Source: a virus
Strand: one strand, 5' to 3'
IMG/VR virus record: IMGVR_UViG_3300020404_000180
Location: 24,339 to 88,338 of that record
DNA length: 64,000 nucleotides
Under the pieces are notes generated by a model. It was not told the DNA's origin. It saw only the letters and a program-made list of their open reading frames with translations, and searched no databases. The position numbers and the translations under genes are program-made. Positions 21,320 to 32,500 of this stretch are shown here, one piece after another. Position 1 is the first letter of the stretch; every line of letters begins with the position of its first letter.

Positions 21320-24300
21320 GCTAGAGCAATTCCTCTAAAGTCTCTAACTCTAGGTATGTATGGTTGGTCATAACCGAGTAGACTGATTTTAATTTGGAAT
21401 CCATCAAACTCATCTGTATCCTCTACGGTATACTCATAATCTGTAAATGTTTCCAAATCATTCTGTGGAATTAATCTTCCGATGTCTGGTACACCTGTAC
21501 TATTAAAGTATCTAAATTCTAGTTCATCTAGGTTTCCAGCAAAACCAACAGGAACCAACTTAAACATCACGACAATCTTAGACTGTTCAAAGGTATTTGC
21601 AGCAAGCATAACCTTAAGTCCAGTAGCACTCTTCTCTAGTTGTGCAACCTTAGTGATGTAGTTACCCGCACACTCTCCACCGATACCAGCAGTAGGTTCG
21701 ATGTTGTTGTATTGGTTAGCATGTGTAATGATTGAACATCTAGTCAAATCAATTACAGGTGATAAGTGTGATACCTCAGATGAGAGGTTCAACTCCATAG
21801 TAAATGACTTGGTGCTGTTCATTCTGTTGATTTCATTCAATTCATTGGCAATCACCTTAGTATTAGTGAAGTAGTTCTCTTCTCCAATAGTGATGTCCTC
21901 ATATATTGTATCTTTAATGAATGATGTCTCTGCAGTCGTTCCAGCAGGGAAAGGTCCGCAAGAGGTTCCAGATGTTCCTAGTGCTCTAGCAACCATGCTA
22001 GTTCTAGGTTCTAGTTGACTCTGTATCTGTGGTGTAAGAGCATCCCATGGAACGTTCTGTGATACAACCACGTTTGTACCACCACCAGTAATACCAGATG
22101 TGGCAGTCTTATTTGTAATCTTAAGATTATAACTATGAGGACTGTTGAGTGATATAAGTCCACCAGTTGTAGAATTATGAGTCGTATTGATTAATGTAAG
22201 AGGTATGCCATCAAAGTTATAGCATTCTACTACTGCGTTGTTTGCATGTGCAAATCCAGTACCAGAACCTGATGTACCATTGTGGTTTCTACCAGATGAG
22301 TTGATTGTGATAACGTTACCACTAATACCTTCGTATGCAATTATCTCATCGCCACTACCGTCTTCTTGTGTACCACGTATTCTGATGAATCCTAAGTTAG
22401 ATGAACTAACAGCAGAACCACCGATTGTTGTATGGAACTGAGAAGCATCTGTGACAGTCAATGATGTAGATGTAGTATCAAATCCACCACCCATGTTTAT
22501 TGTGGTGTCTGCTACCTCAGAGATAACTCCTGACATCTTGACATAGTTTAGTCCAGACTGCATACCATGATTACTATGGAATACTCTAATTTCATCACTA
22601 CCTGAAGTTGTCCTTAGTGTATTAGGTGCAAGGTTCAGGAATCCACCATTTTGCTCACCAAGTTGTGCGTTCTCTAGCATAAGTCTACTAGGTGCTGCTG
22701 TCGTTGGTAGTGTAAAGTCTGCTCTGTAAATCTTGAACATCAAGTCTTCATACTGTGATGGTGTCCAAGTAGATGCGTTCTGTGACTTGAATAGTACACC
22801 GATGTATGGTTGCTCAGAAATTTTCTCTCCCTGATGTGCTGCATCAATAGCATCCTTACCTAGTAATGATATGAATACCTTATACTGATTAGAGTCTGAT
22901 GTTAATATCATCGCATGCTCTGTTCTGTATGGTATGAATACAGGTGCTTTAAATGTGAACGTTGTGGGTTTGGACGCATCTGATGATGTGAATACGTCTG
23001 CTGCCTGTTTAACTACCTTAGAGAAAGGTAGAATTGTTTGTGTAGGTGTACCGTTTTCTACAGTTCTGATGTCTAGTGCTACAGGAATCTCTTCATCCTT
23101 AGTAAAGAAGAATAGGTCAATCTTAGTTAAGAATACACCACCTTCTAGAGAAGAATCTTCGATAAGGAAGGTTTGTGCTAATGGGTCACAGTATCTTGTT
23201 TCATTTACTGATGTAGATGATACATTGACTAATGTTCTTGCATCAAACTGGTCTTCCGATGTAACTCTTGCATTTCTTACAGAGATGATTGTCTCTTGAG
23301 TTGTCTGTAAAAGACCTGATGATACAAATTCTGCTTCACCATTACTATCTGATACACCAACAGTTCTGTTATTGGTTTCTGAATCAGTTAGTCTGAATAG
23401 TTTTGTACCTGTCTTAAATTTAAGATTACCAGCAGTGTTAGGTGCATCTATAAAGAATGAACCTCTAAGATTACCTTGCTTGTCAGTAATCATATCTTTG
23501 TTAGATACTTTTGCTACTGCACCACTAGTTTCTCCTACTAAGTAGTCGTTTAATTTGGGAGAACCATAGTAACTACCTTTAACTTGGTCTGCAAGTGACT
23601 TAGTATCAATGTTGATAAACCCTAGGTTAGATGTATAGTCATTTGTAGCACTAATATCTGTACCATCAAGAGGGTTGATTTGCATGTTCTCATTAGGTGC
23701 TGCAACTCTTGCTTTGAATCTAAACTTACCGTTGCTCTTCTTGACATGTACAGTCTCACCAATCTGGAAAGGTATACTGTTTGTTTGTGCATCACTAGAT
23801 GGGTCTTTAATCAATCCCATTATCTTAGGAGTGATAAGTTTCTTAGGTAATGCGATACCATCAAAGAAAGCAAAGAATTTTGTTCTTGGTTTTAGTTTCT
23901 GACAAGTAAACTCAATATTTCTAGAACGCATAAATTGGATATGCTCTACAGATACAACTCTACTTCCTAGTGACTGCTGTTCAATAACAGGAGTAACTCT
24001 GTACCTTATACCTGTCCTTGTTTGCTTTGTAGTAGTTGTTGTAGTAGTGGTAATAGTTCTGTCACGTCTGTTTCTTCTCTTACCATGTCTTCTCCATGCA
24101 CCAACTTGTCTTGTGGTGTTTGAACCAGTCCATGTTGTCTTCCATGAGTTCCACTGTATAGGTGAGAATCCATTTTGGTCTGCATTGTATTCTCTAACTG
24201 TAGTTAAGAAGTTACCTTCTACAACAGGACCTTGAAGAGGATTGAGTGATGTTGTATCAATCCAGTTATCTGACTCAGGATACAACTCAATGTCACCAAC

Positions 24301-27300
24301 ATAAGTGAAGACGTTAAATGGGTTAACGTTCTCTACTGCTGATGCATATGGTTGGTCAATAAGAACCTCTGATGTGTAAGGCAGTGTTATGATGTCATCT
24401 GTCTGTTGTACATTCTGTGACGCTGTACTATATGATAGAGGGACTTGTGTTGTGTAGTGTGCTGGTCTTAAATAACCTTCTTCAAAATCTGTAGATACTC
24501 TGTAATCAGGATGTAATGTATCTGCAGTAGCAAGACTTGCAAAGTTATCAACTATAAAACCATTTTTGAATCTGCTAAGACCACTAGTGTCTCTAATCTC
24601 CATGCTTGCTGTCTCGCCTTCAAGCAATGATAGTTGTGTATAGTATTCTAATGTCTTAATTCTATCTTCTAGATATTGGATATCACGGAAGGTATATCTC
24701 TTGTAATTTGTCTCCTCAATACTGACATCTTGTTCTACATCAAAAACGTATGCATTATATGTCAAGGTAGCAAGTAGCATTGCATCCTCAATATCTTCTG
24801 GAGCTTGAGGTCTAGTAGATGGAGCACCCTTTACTATTTGTATAACGCTATCTCTACTCATAAAGATTTTATCAATACGAGGTAGGTAGTATTGTAGACT
24901 AAGAATAGTGCTATCACCAAGACCAGGCAATCCAGTTTCGTTTCCTGTAAATGCTCTGTTGTTAAAATCAAAATACTTAGTTCCACTAAGTGTAAATGGT
25001 GATGCTTGAGAACCAGAACCTGTCAATGACTCAGGAACTATTGGTCTATAGTCAATTACATCTCTAAGTTCTACGTTAGTGTAAGATGGTATAATTTTAT
25101 ACTCTGATGTAGGGTATGAGTCTACTGTATAAGGACTTGTACCATTAGTTGTAAGGAATCTATCGAAGATAACAATTATCTTATGTGTAGGAGGAGCGAA
25201 TCCTGCTTTTCTTACAATTCTAGAATAATCATAGAACTGGTCTCTCTGACCATCATCTAAATCAAATGAACTTGTTATATCTGTAGAACCTTTTGTAATA
25301 CCACCAGTAGAAATCTTTAATGTTGCATTAGGTGCAGTGATTGTCTCACCTTCTGTAAACTGGTCATCTTCTATGGGTACGAAATACACATAGTTACTTG
25401 TAGTAGAAACTATCCTTGCTCTAGAACCAGAACTGTCACCTGTGATGACGTCATCTATTGCTAGAGTTCCAAGTAAGTTTGTGTATTGGAAATTAGGAAT
25501 GATTGGGTCATTGCTATCCTTAGACTCATAGATTGCCTTAATTTTAAATACATCACCAGTTCCTAGTGAGATAGAAGTGTCATCTACTCTAGTACCAAAA
25601 CCACCAGCAACAGTAGTTAAACCATTTACAGCACTACCTGTAGTGTCATCTATTTTAAGAACCTTCATGCGTTCTGTGGTCTTTGCTTTTGCTGACCTAT
25701 CAGATGAGTAGACTGTACCAATAATTGTTATGGTGTCAGAACCACCTGTATTAGAAAGTCCTGTTAGTGCAATGGTCTGTGTATTTGCACTTGTACCACT
25801 TATACTAAAACCATTACCAGATGATAGTACATCTCCATCTCCAGAACCAGATGTAATGATAACTTGGAAGTCATCGTTATCTGCACCGTTCTTCCATAGT
25901 AATCCAGCACCAGCATTTGCAGATGCTTCACCACTACCATTAACAGTTGTGTTTACACTGATTCTAAAGAATCCTGCAGGATTCTGTGTGTTGTTATTAT
26001 TTGTATTCTTAACAGCATTGAAACCAAGAGGAGTTATTAATCTCTTCTTGTTTGCTTCTTTGAGTTCTGGACGTGTTCTAATAACAGGACTTGTAAGTGC
26101 ACCGTTAGCAATGTTGTTTGATGTTAGAGATGCAATTGTAAAACTAAAGTTATTAGTTACTGCAGTAATCGTTGCTTTGTGTACTAAGTCATTGTTTGAG
26201 AATTCTATGATGTCTCCTATTCTCAATTGAGACGCAAAGTTAGACAACGTAGATGTGATTGTTCCTGTAGCACTTGTACCAGTTCCTGATACACCACTAA
26301 GAATAGGACCTGAGCCAGGCAATGCTACCTTAACATCTAATACAGCATCTGCTGTACCACCAGTTCCAAATGCATATGATTTTACATCACCGAAACCATA
26401 TTTTCTTACACCACCCGAAGCCACCGTAGCAAATGTACTACCGCTTGCATTGTTTGTTTTTAGAACCTCTCCTGCAACAAACTCTCCATTGGTTTCGTAG
26501 AGATATCCAGTAGTACCACTACCGCTTACAACAAAACCTACAGCACCAGATGTTGCACCGAATAGTAAGTTACCCGCTGTCCATGTGACACTTCCTGTTG
26601 TAACAATTTTTACATAGAATTGTGTATCTATGATATTGGTACGATATAATGTAGTCTGATTATTAAGTGCACCAGATTCGTAAGTAAAGTTGATTGCTCT
26701 TGTCACACCAATAACATTACCAGCAGCAACGCCAGGTGTAGATGTCAATGTATCTCTAAGTTCAACTGTCTCATACATCGTAGGTGCTTGATGCTGATTA
26801 GTTGTAAATATAAAGTTACCAAAGTCTGATGTTAGAGACTGATTTGATTGTGTATCAAATGTACGTGGTTTGTCTACGTCTGTATAAGTTGTAGATAATC
26901 TTTCAGTTCTATATCCTTGAACGTAAGCACAACCAGATGATAGTTGTACAGACATGTTCTCCTCTGATGGAGCAACACCACTTGATGTTAATTCTGTAGA
27001 TGCATAGACACCGTTATTGAATCCGTCGTCTAAGTTTTCTCTAGCATCAACTTTAAATTTCTTGACGTAGTAGTTACCAGATTCTTCTTTTGTTCTGGTT
27101 GCAAGTATATCATTAATAAAACTAAGGTCACTACGTTCAACCCTCTTCTCAATATTACCAATGTTAGTTCTAAGAAGTTCTATAAAGTCAGCAGAGTTAG
27201 GTGCTGTTAATATCTTCTTGACTAATGTAAGATTAATCTTAAACCTGTCTGCACCTGGTGCAGAGAAGTTTGTACTACCGATTGCGTTATCATATAGAGT

Positions 27301-27996
27301 CGCATCTTCGTCAGCAGTTATAATTCTCTCTTCTACTTTTAGACCTACTTTGTAGGATGGGTTTGTACCATACTGGTCTAAAATAATTGTCTGTTCTGCA
27401 ACGGTTACAAAGTATCCTCTAACAAAGTATACACCAGCACCGATGTTAGCAGTAGAACCTCTAGAGTTAGAGTTTGAGTTCAACAACTGAGCAAGAGGAG
27501 TTCCAGCAGCAATAGTTGTTGATGCATAGGTTATATCTTCTTCACAAGTAAATGTCTCTCCATCTGTAAATGTGCTTGTGACATTATCAGATGCTTTCTC
27601 TAGGTAGTTGACATAGAATGTAATGTTATTTCTAGTAGAGGTAGTAGCACTAATAGAAAATAAAATACGTCCACGAACACCAGAGGTAGAACCTTTTATA
27701 ATTTTACCACTAAGTGCATTTCTATAATTTTCTACGTCTAGGTTAAGGTAACTGTTTTGTATTAGAACACATGGCACATCGTTGTTCAATGTAATACCGC
27801 CAGGCACCACCATAGAACCTTCTTTATAGACACCTTGACCAAACGTGTCTATTTGGTTCTGCAATAAACTTTGCAGCGTCGTAAGTTCTCTTGCCTGTAC
27901 TGGATAGCCAGGTTTGAACAATACTTTTAAAAACCCCTTATCAGAATCAAAGTCGTCGTAATAAGGAGCTATGTTTAGGTTGGTATTCTGTGCCAT
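21316..27996 (-). CDS. vrlC: VrlC-like (DUF4815) virion structural protein (2226 aa)
   Basis: N-terminal PYYDDF...VLFKPG.PVQARELT.LQS.LQNQ, plus PGADR, RFKNGFIVDNF, NVNPFNV, DPLAQTF, LFKSQNASTW and a C-terminal RxIALA. Directly downstream of gp8. Confidence 0.85.
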   Translation of the reverse strand: MAQNTNLNIAPYYDDFDSDKGFLKVLFKPGYPVQARELTTLQSLLQNQIDTFGQGVYKEGSMVVPGGITLNNDVPCVLIQNSYLNLDVENYRNALSGKIIKGSTSGVRGRILFSISATTSTRNNITFYVNYLEKASDNVTSTFTDGETFTCEEDITYASTTIAAGTPLAQLLNSNSNSRGSTANIGAGVYFVRGYFVTVAEQTIILDQYGTNPSYKVGLKVEERIITADEDATLYDNAIGSTNFSAPGADRFKINLTLVKKILTAPNSADFIELLRTNIGNIEKRVERSDLSFINDILATRTKEESGNYYVKKFKVDARENLDDGFNNGVYASTELTSSGVAPSEENMSVQLSSGCAYVQGYRTERLSTTYTDVDKPRTFDTQSNQSLTSDFGNFIFTTNQHQAPTMYETVELRDTLTSTPGVAAGNVIGVTRAINFTYESGALNNQTTLYRTNIIDTQFYVKIVTTGSVTWTAGNLLFGATSGAVGFVVSGSGTTGYLYETNGEFVAGEVLKTNNASGSTFATVASGGVRKYGFGDVKSYAFGTGGTADAVLDVKVALPGSGPILSGVSGTGTSATGTITSTLSNFASQLRIGDIIEFSNNDLVHKATITAVTNNFSFTIASLTSNNIANGALTSPVIRTRPELKEANKKRLITPLGFNAVKNTNNNNTQNPAGFFRISVNTTVNGSGEASANAGAGLLWKNGADNDDFQVIITSGSGDGDVLSSGNGFSISGTSANTQTIALTGLSNTGGSDTITIIGTVYSSDRSAKAKTTERMKVLKIDDTTGSAVNGLTTVAGGFGTRVDDTSISLGTGDVFKIKAIYESKDSNDPIIPNFQYTNLLGTLAIDDVITGDSSGSRARIVSTTSNYVYFVPIEDDQFTEGETITAPNATLKISTGGITKGSTDITSSFDLDDGQRDQFYDYSRIVRKAGFAPPTHKIIVIFDRFLTTNGTSPYTVDSYPTSEYKIIPSYTNVELRDVIDYRPIVPESLTGSGSQASPFTLSGTKYFDFNNRAFTGNETGLPGLGDSTILSLQYYLPRIDKIFMSRDSVIQIVKGAPSTRPQAPEDIEDAMLLATLTYNAYVFDVEQDVSIEETNYKRYTFRDIQYLEDRIKTLEYYTQLSLLEGETASMEIRDTSGLSRFKNGFIVDNFASLATADTLHPDYRVSTDFEEGYLRPAHYTTQVPLSYSTASQNVQQTDDIITLPYTSEVLIDQPYASAVENVNPFNVFTYVGDIELYPESDNWIDTTSLNPLQGPVVEGNFLTTVREYNADQNGFSPIQWNSWKTTWTGSNTTRQVGAWRRHGKRRNRRDRTITTTTTTTTKQTRTGIRYRVTPVIEQQSLGSRVVSVEHIQFMRSRNIEFTCQKLKPRTKFFAFFDGIALPKKLITPKIMGLIKDPSSDAQTNSIPFQIGETVHVKKSNGKFRFKARVAAPNENMQINPLDGTDISATNDYTSNLGFINIDTKSLADQVKGSYYGSPKLNDYLVGETSGAVAKVSNKDMITDKQGNLRGSFFIDAPNTAGNLKFKTGTKLFRLTDSETNNRTVGVSDSNGEAEFVSSGLLQTTQETIISVRNARVTSEDQFDARTLVNVSSTSVNETRYCDPLAQTFLIEDSSLEGGVFLTKIDLFFFTKDEEIPVALDIRTVENGTPTQTILPFSKVVKQAADVFTSSDASKPTTFTFKAPVFIPYRTEHAMILTSDSNQYKVFISLLGKDAIDAAHQGEKISEQPYIGVLFKSQNASTWTPSQYEDLMFKIYRADFTLPTTAAPSRLMLENAQLGEQNGGFLNLAPNTLRTTSGSDEIRVFHSNHGMQSGLNYVKMSGVISEVADTTINMGGGFDTTSTSLTVTDASQFHTTIGGSAVSSSNLGFIRIRGTQEDGSGDEIIAYEGISGNVITINSSGRNHNGTSGSGTGFAHANNAVVECYNFDGIPLTLINTTHNSTTGGLISLNSPHSYNLKITNKTATSGITGGGTNVVVSQNVPWDALTPQIQSQLEPRTSMVARALGTSGTSCGPFPAGTTAETSFIKDTIYEDITIGEENYFTNTKVIANELNEINRMNSTKSFTMELNLSSEVSHLSPVIDLTRCSIITHANQYNNIEPTAGIGGECAGNYITKVAQLEKSATGLKVMLAANTFEQSKIVVMFKLVPVGFAGNLDELEFRYFNSTGVPDIGRLIPQNDLETFTDYEYTVEDTDEFDGFQIKISLLGYDQPYIPRVRDFRGIALA

Positions 27997-29511
27997 TTAG
28001 AATTCAATTACTACTTTGAGCTCTTCGTTTTGGTCTGCCGAACGAGTGATCGGAATACGATTATCTATGTATAGGATTTCACCTGAGTTTAACTCTACTT
28101 CTTCATTGGCATAACCAGTGACAAATGATAAACCTAACTCATACACAGATACACCTATAGTTATCTGTGATAAAGGAACGGATGATGTTCCAAATGTTGA
28201 ATCTGGAGTTGCGGTATAAGCATTGGTTCCTGATGTAATCTGATTACTTCCAGAGAATGCTATAACGTTTCCATTTACTGTACCATCAACTGAGTCTTGA
28301 TAATACTTCAATACTTTTGTTGTTGAATCGTATGATACTACAAATCCCTTTGCATTTGTAGATGATTGTGTGATTGTTTCGCCAGGTGCAAAGTTACCGC
28401 TAGGTGTACCAGTACCAGACTGAGGGAAGATCATTGCTTTTACAGCAGACCTTGTATTCTGACTACACACTGTTGTTGTGTTGTAGTCGGTTGGGTTCAA
28501 TACTAATCCAACACGTCTATATGTTAAATCATTAGGGAAGTCAACAAATGCACTAGTAGTTTCTAACTTACTAGCAAACATAAGTCTGTATGCACCAAGT
28601 TCTCTTACTGCATCATCTCCATGTCCGTTATTAGGAGGGAGAACAACGTCAAGAACAGCACCAGTACCATTACCGATATTAGATATCAAACTAACATCAA
28701 TACTTCCGAATGTATATCCAGAACCTGCCTGAGTGATAGTCACTGTAGACACAGAACCAGATACAACAGTTAATGTACACAACGCTTGTGTACCACCATT
28801 GATTTCATAGTCACCACGAACAGGGACGTTCGTATATGTACCATTATTATAACCCGCTCCAGCGTTCTCAACAACCACAGTGTCAACAGAACCAGAGTTG
28901 GCAGCAGATTTTACAAGTGAGTTTGATAACACAGGGATGAACTCTGAGGTAACAAACTTTAGAATGTTGTCTGCGTCAATAGTATAGAGATACTTCCATC
29001 TGTATGAGTATACGCCAGGACTATCTGAGGTCTCAATAATTGTTGTTGATGTTCCTGTTGGTTCTACCAAAGAGGGGCGTCCTCTTGGGAAGTCAGGACT
29101 CTGACCGTTGTAAAGACACTTGTAAACATTGAAACTACTATTCATTACATAGAAGTTTGAGTCATACAATCTTGATGCTCCATTTGCAGTTGTCTTTGTG
29201 GGTGCATAATCAGGTTTGTACATAGAATATGTACGCCCTACACCACCTGTGGTTTTTGTAGGATCAATCCAGTCAACTCTAGGAACTACGAGAGCGGTAT
29301 CAGATATATCAACACGCTTAAACGCAACAGAATCACCATAAGTGGTTCTAGCATATTCAAAACTATCAATTGGTTCGCCTGTGGGTGGCACATCTGTACT
29401 ACCCCAAGTTTTTGCTCTACCTACAAACATATAGACCTTATTGGTTGCAGTAAGAGTGTCCCTAAAACTTTCCGCAGCGTATATTCTAAATTTGTCAGTA
29501 ACTAATGCCAT
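27997..29511 (-). CDS. gp8: Baseplate wedge subunit gp8
   Basis: FYVMNS.FNVYKCLYN, YRWKYLYTI, SGEILYIDNR.PITR...Q.EE.K.VIEF, and gp6-gp7-gp8 synteny. Confidence 0.9.
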   Translation of the reverse strand: MALVTDKFRIYAAESFRDTLTATNKVYMFVGRAKTWGSTDVPPTGEPIDSFEYARTTYGDSVAFKRVDISDTALVVPRVDWIDPTKTTGGVGRTYSMYKPDYAPTKTTANGASRLYDSNFYVMNSSFNVYKCLYNGQSPDFPRGRPSLVEPTGTSTTIIETSDSPGVYSYRWKYLYTIDADNILKFVTSEFIPVLSNSLVKSAANSGSVDTVVVENAGAGYNNGTYTNVPVRGDYEINGGTQALCTLTVVSGSVSTVTITQAGSGYTFGSIDVSLISNIGNGTGAVLDVVLPPNNGHGDDAVRELGAYRLMFASKLETTSAFVDFPNDLTYRRVGLVLNPTDYNTTTVCSQNTRSAVKAMIFPQSGTGTPSGNFAPGETITQSSTNAKGFVVSYDSTTKVLKYYQDSVDGTVNGNVIAFSGSNQITSGTNAYTATPDSTFGTSSVPLSQITIGVSVYELGLSFVTGYANEEVELNSGEILYIDNRIPITRSADQNEELKVVIEF

Positions 29512-29530
29512 GCGACTAAGCTTTTTTTGT

Positions 29531-29538
29531 TATTTATA
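29531..29538 (-). promoter_or_regulatory. T4-type late promoter TATAAATA
   Basis: Exact consensus 19 nt upstream of the gp8 ATG. Confidence 0.75.
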
Positions 29539-32500
29539 ATGATCTTAGACGAACTTCTGGTAGCAGAGAGCAGTTTCCGCTTGCTGTCCGCGAGAATGGA
29601 AATTCGACTGTGAACGATGTTGCTGTTGTAACAGTAACTTTGTAAGAACCATCAAATCCAGTTCCTGATGTGCAATCCAAATAGAATTCCTGACCAGTAC
29701 TTAAATTATGATTAGAACTTGTAGTCACGGTGCATAAAGTTCCTGATGAACTATATGTACCAGTAATGACTGGGTGTGCAGCAGCAGTGGTACCTAAGTA
29801 ACCTCTACCACCAGTAGCAACAGTTAGTGTTTCTGCTACTGTATCCTTAGAACCATACAAGATTCTTTCGGCACTCCACACACTATTTACACTGTCATAA
29901 AATGGTATCAAAATTTCACCTTCATCAGGGAATCCATTTTTCTGTGATGAATCAAACCAAACATTCTTTAGATTTATTGTTGTGCCAGATTGTGATAGTG
30001 TAGACGTTAGGTATGTAGCAGATAAGTTTTTAGAATTAGATATAAGTCTATTTCTTTGTTTTCTTTCCACTGCAATTGGGTGTGTTGGAAGCACAGTTGG
30101 AGCACTTGTATAATTTGCACCACCTTGTAAGTTTACTACACCTGTAACTCTACCACTACCTATTTCTATTGTTGTTTCTGCAAATGCTCCTTCTCCACCA
30201 CCACCTTGGAATAGTAGGATAGGTGGTACCTCATAGTTAGAACCAGCATTGATGATGTCTACCTGTGTTACTGCACCGTTGACTATAGTAGCAACAAACT
30301 CTGCAGTTGATGGTCTTAGACCTGTATACTCATAACTGTCAATAGTGGTAGAACTAGAAACCTTAGCGATTGAACGGTCAGAACCCTCAGAGTCAATCTG
30401 GAATCTATCTCCTATATCTAATGAGTTAAATGTGTTGCTGACTAGAACGTCCTCAGCAGAACCTGTAAATATGAATATTTCACAAGTTGATCCTGCACGT
30501 GGTGGTTCACTAAACTCTATAATAGAACCTGTTAGAGTAAATGCTACACCTGGCTCTTGATAGATTCCGTTTAAGAATATGAGTAGGTTGTTTTGTGCTT
30601 CTACTTCTACGTTGTCACTTTCTAGTGAGAATGGTTCAGTATCCTCTTTCATAGTAAATGTCTTCTTCTGACTATCAAAGAATGGTGCAATCTCATCTAG
30701 TAATGTCAACTTACCAAGATAGAATCCGTAGAAGTCCATGCCTGGCAGAGGTGCTTCTGTAAATGTTATTGTGCTTCCTGTATATGTGTATGCTTCTGTA
30801 GTACCCTTGACTTGGAATGTGCTATTCAAGAATATCAAGAAGTTATCACTAGCGGGTAGTACTTGTGTACTACCGCCTACCTGTGCAGTAAATATTTTAT
30901 CAGTGCCATCAAAGGTTACTGTGTCTACTTCTACTTGGAAGAATGGTTGTGTTGCAGATGTCCTTGTAATACCATTAAGATTACCAGAACCCCCTGCTGT
31001 AGTTCCAACTGCCTGTGTTACTATCGCCCAGAGAGTTGTTATTGTCGATGCTGTGTCAATACAACATGCTTCAGAGTATGATGTGCTTCCAGAGTCATTA
31101 CTGATTGTATTGTCTTTGACCTGTGTACCTACAGTGTATGAGTTTGTAGTAACTGTAAGGTTACGCATAACCTGACGACAAATATCTCTAGCAGCATTGA
31201 ATACTTCTACAGATTGATCTTCTTCTCCTGTTAGGTGTGCTGTAGCAACATAGAAGTTAGCAGCATCATAAGTTGCATCGTTACCGCCAAACTCTATATT
31301 GTCAGCAACTGCATCTACGAGTAATTTAGTATCACGAATACACTTGACCTGATAAGAACTAGAGAATCCAGCATTGTTTGCCATCATTCTACCATATGCA
31401 GTTGTAGCAATAAATTCTTGGTTTGTTCTTAGTAGTGATGCACCATCTGCGTTCTTGCTGTAACCATATACACCGTATGATACAACTGCTCTTGTGACAG
31501 CAGTAGAAGTGGCACTAACAAATGTATGAGTTGATGTATCAGATGATACACCGACGTTAACAGTGAATGTATCATTTGTTACTGCGTCAATTGTATGCCA
31601 TGCACCCTCTGATGGGTCACCTACTCTAGGATATGTGTGCTGTGTTTGATTGTTGTCTAGACCACATGTAAATGTAAGACTGTTTGTAGCAAAGTATATT
31701 CTGTCACCCTTAATCATGCCATGACCAGAAACAGTCACGACCATCTCACCTGTAGTTGGTGTGTAAGCAATATCTGTAGGTTGGAACTGGTATGTTGATA
31801 ATCCTACCCATGTATGTGAGTCAGTGTTTGTAGCAGTTGTACCGTTCAATGCATTGACTGTAATCGTAGTCGTACCAACCGCTTCCACAGGTATATCTTT
31901 CATCTTACCCTGTGTACCTATTGGGTCAGTAGCACGTGGATATGATGCAGTACCACCACCATTGTAACCACAACTAAACTGTAATGATTCGTTTGCAATT
32001 CTAACTGTGGATACTGCAAACTTGACACTATTTGACACTGCAGATACAAATGTATGTGCATCAGTATTTGTAGAAGGAATACTGTCTAATACTTGTACAG
32101 TAAATGTATTTTCTGTGCAATCAAATACTTGTAACCATCTATCAGATGCGTAGTCTGTAGAACGAGGATATGCTTCGTCACCACCACCATTGTAACCACA
32201 GTTAAATGTAATCGCACCATCTGCAAACTTAACTTGGTCACCATTGACAAGTCCATGACTATTGATAGTTACCACCATCAAACCAGTTGTACCACTGTAG
32301 GTTGCACCGCCTGGCGTATGTGTTGTTGGTGCAGATAAACCATGACCAGATCCTATAGTCAATACCATCTCACCAGATGCAGGAGCATAAGTTCCTGTTG
32401 ATGGAAGGAAGTTCTTAACTAACTGTTCTCCAACACGAGGATCCGATATTCCTAATACATCGTTATCTGTATATCCATTACCAGCAGTATTAAGTGCAAC

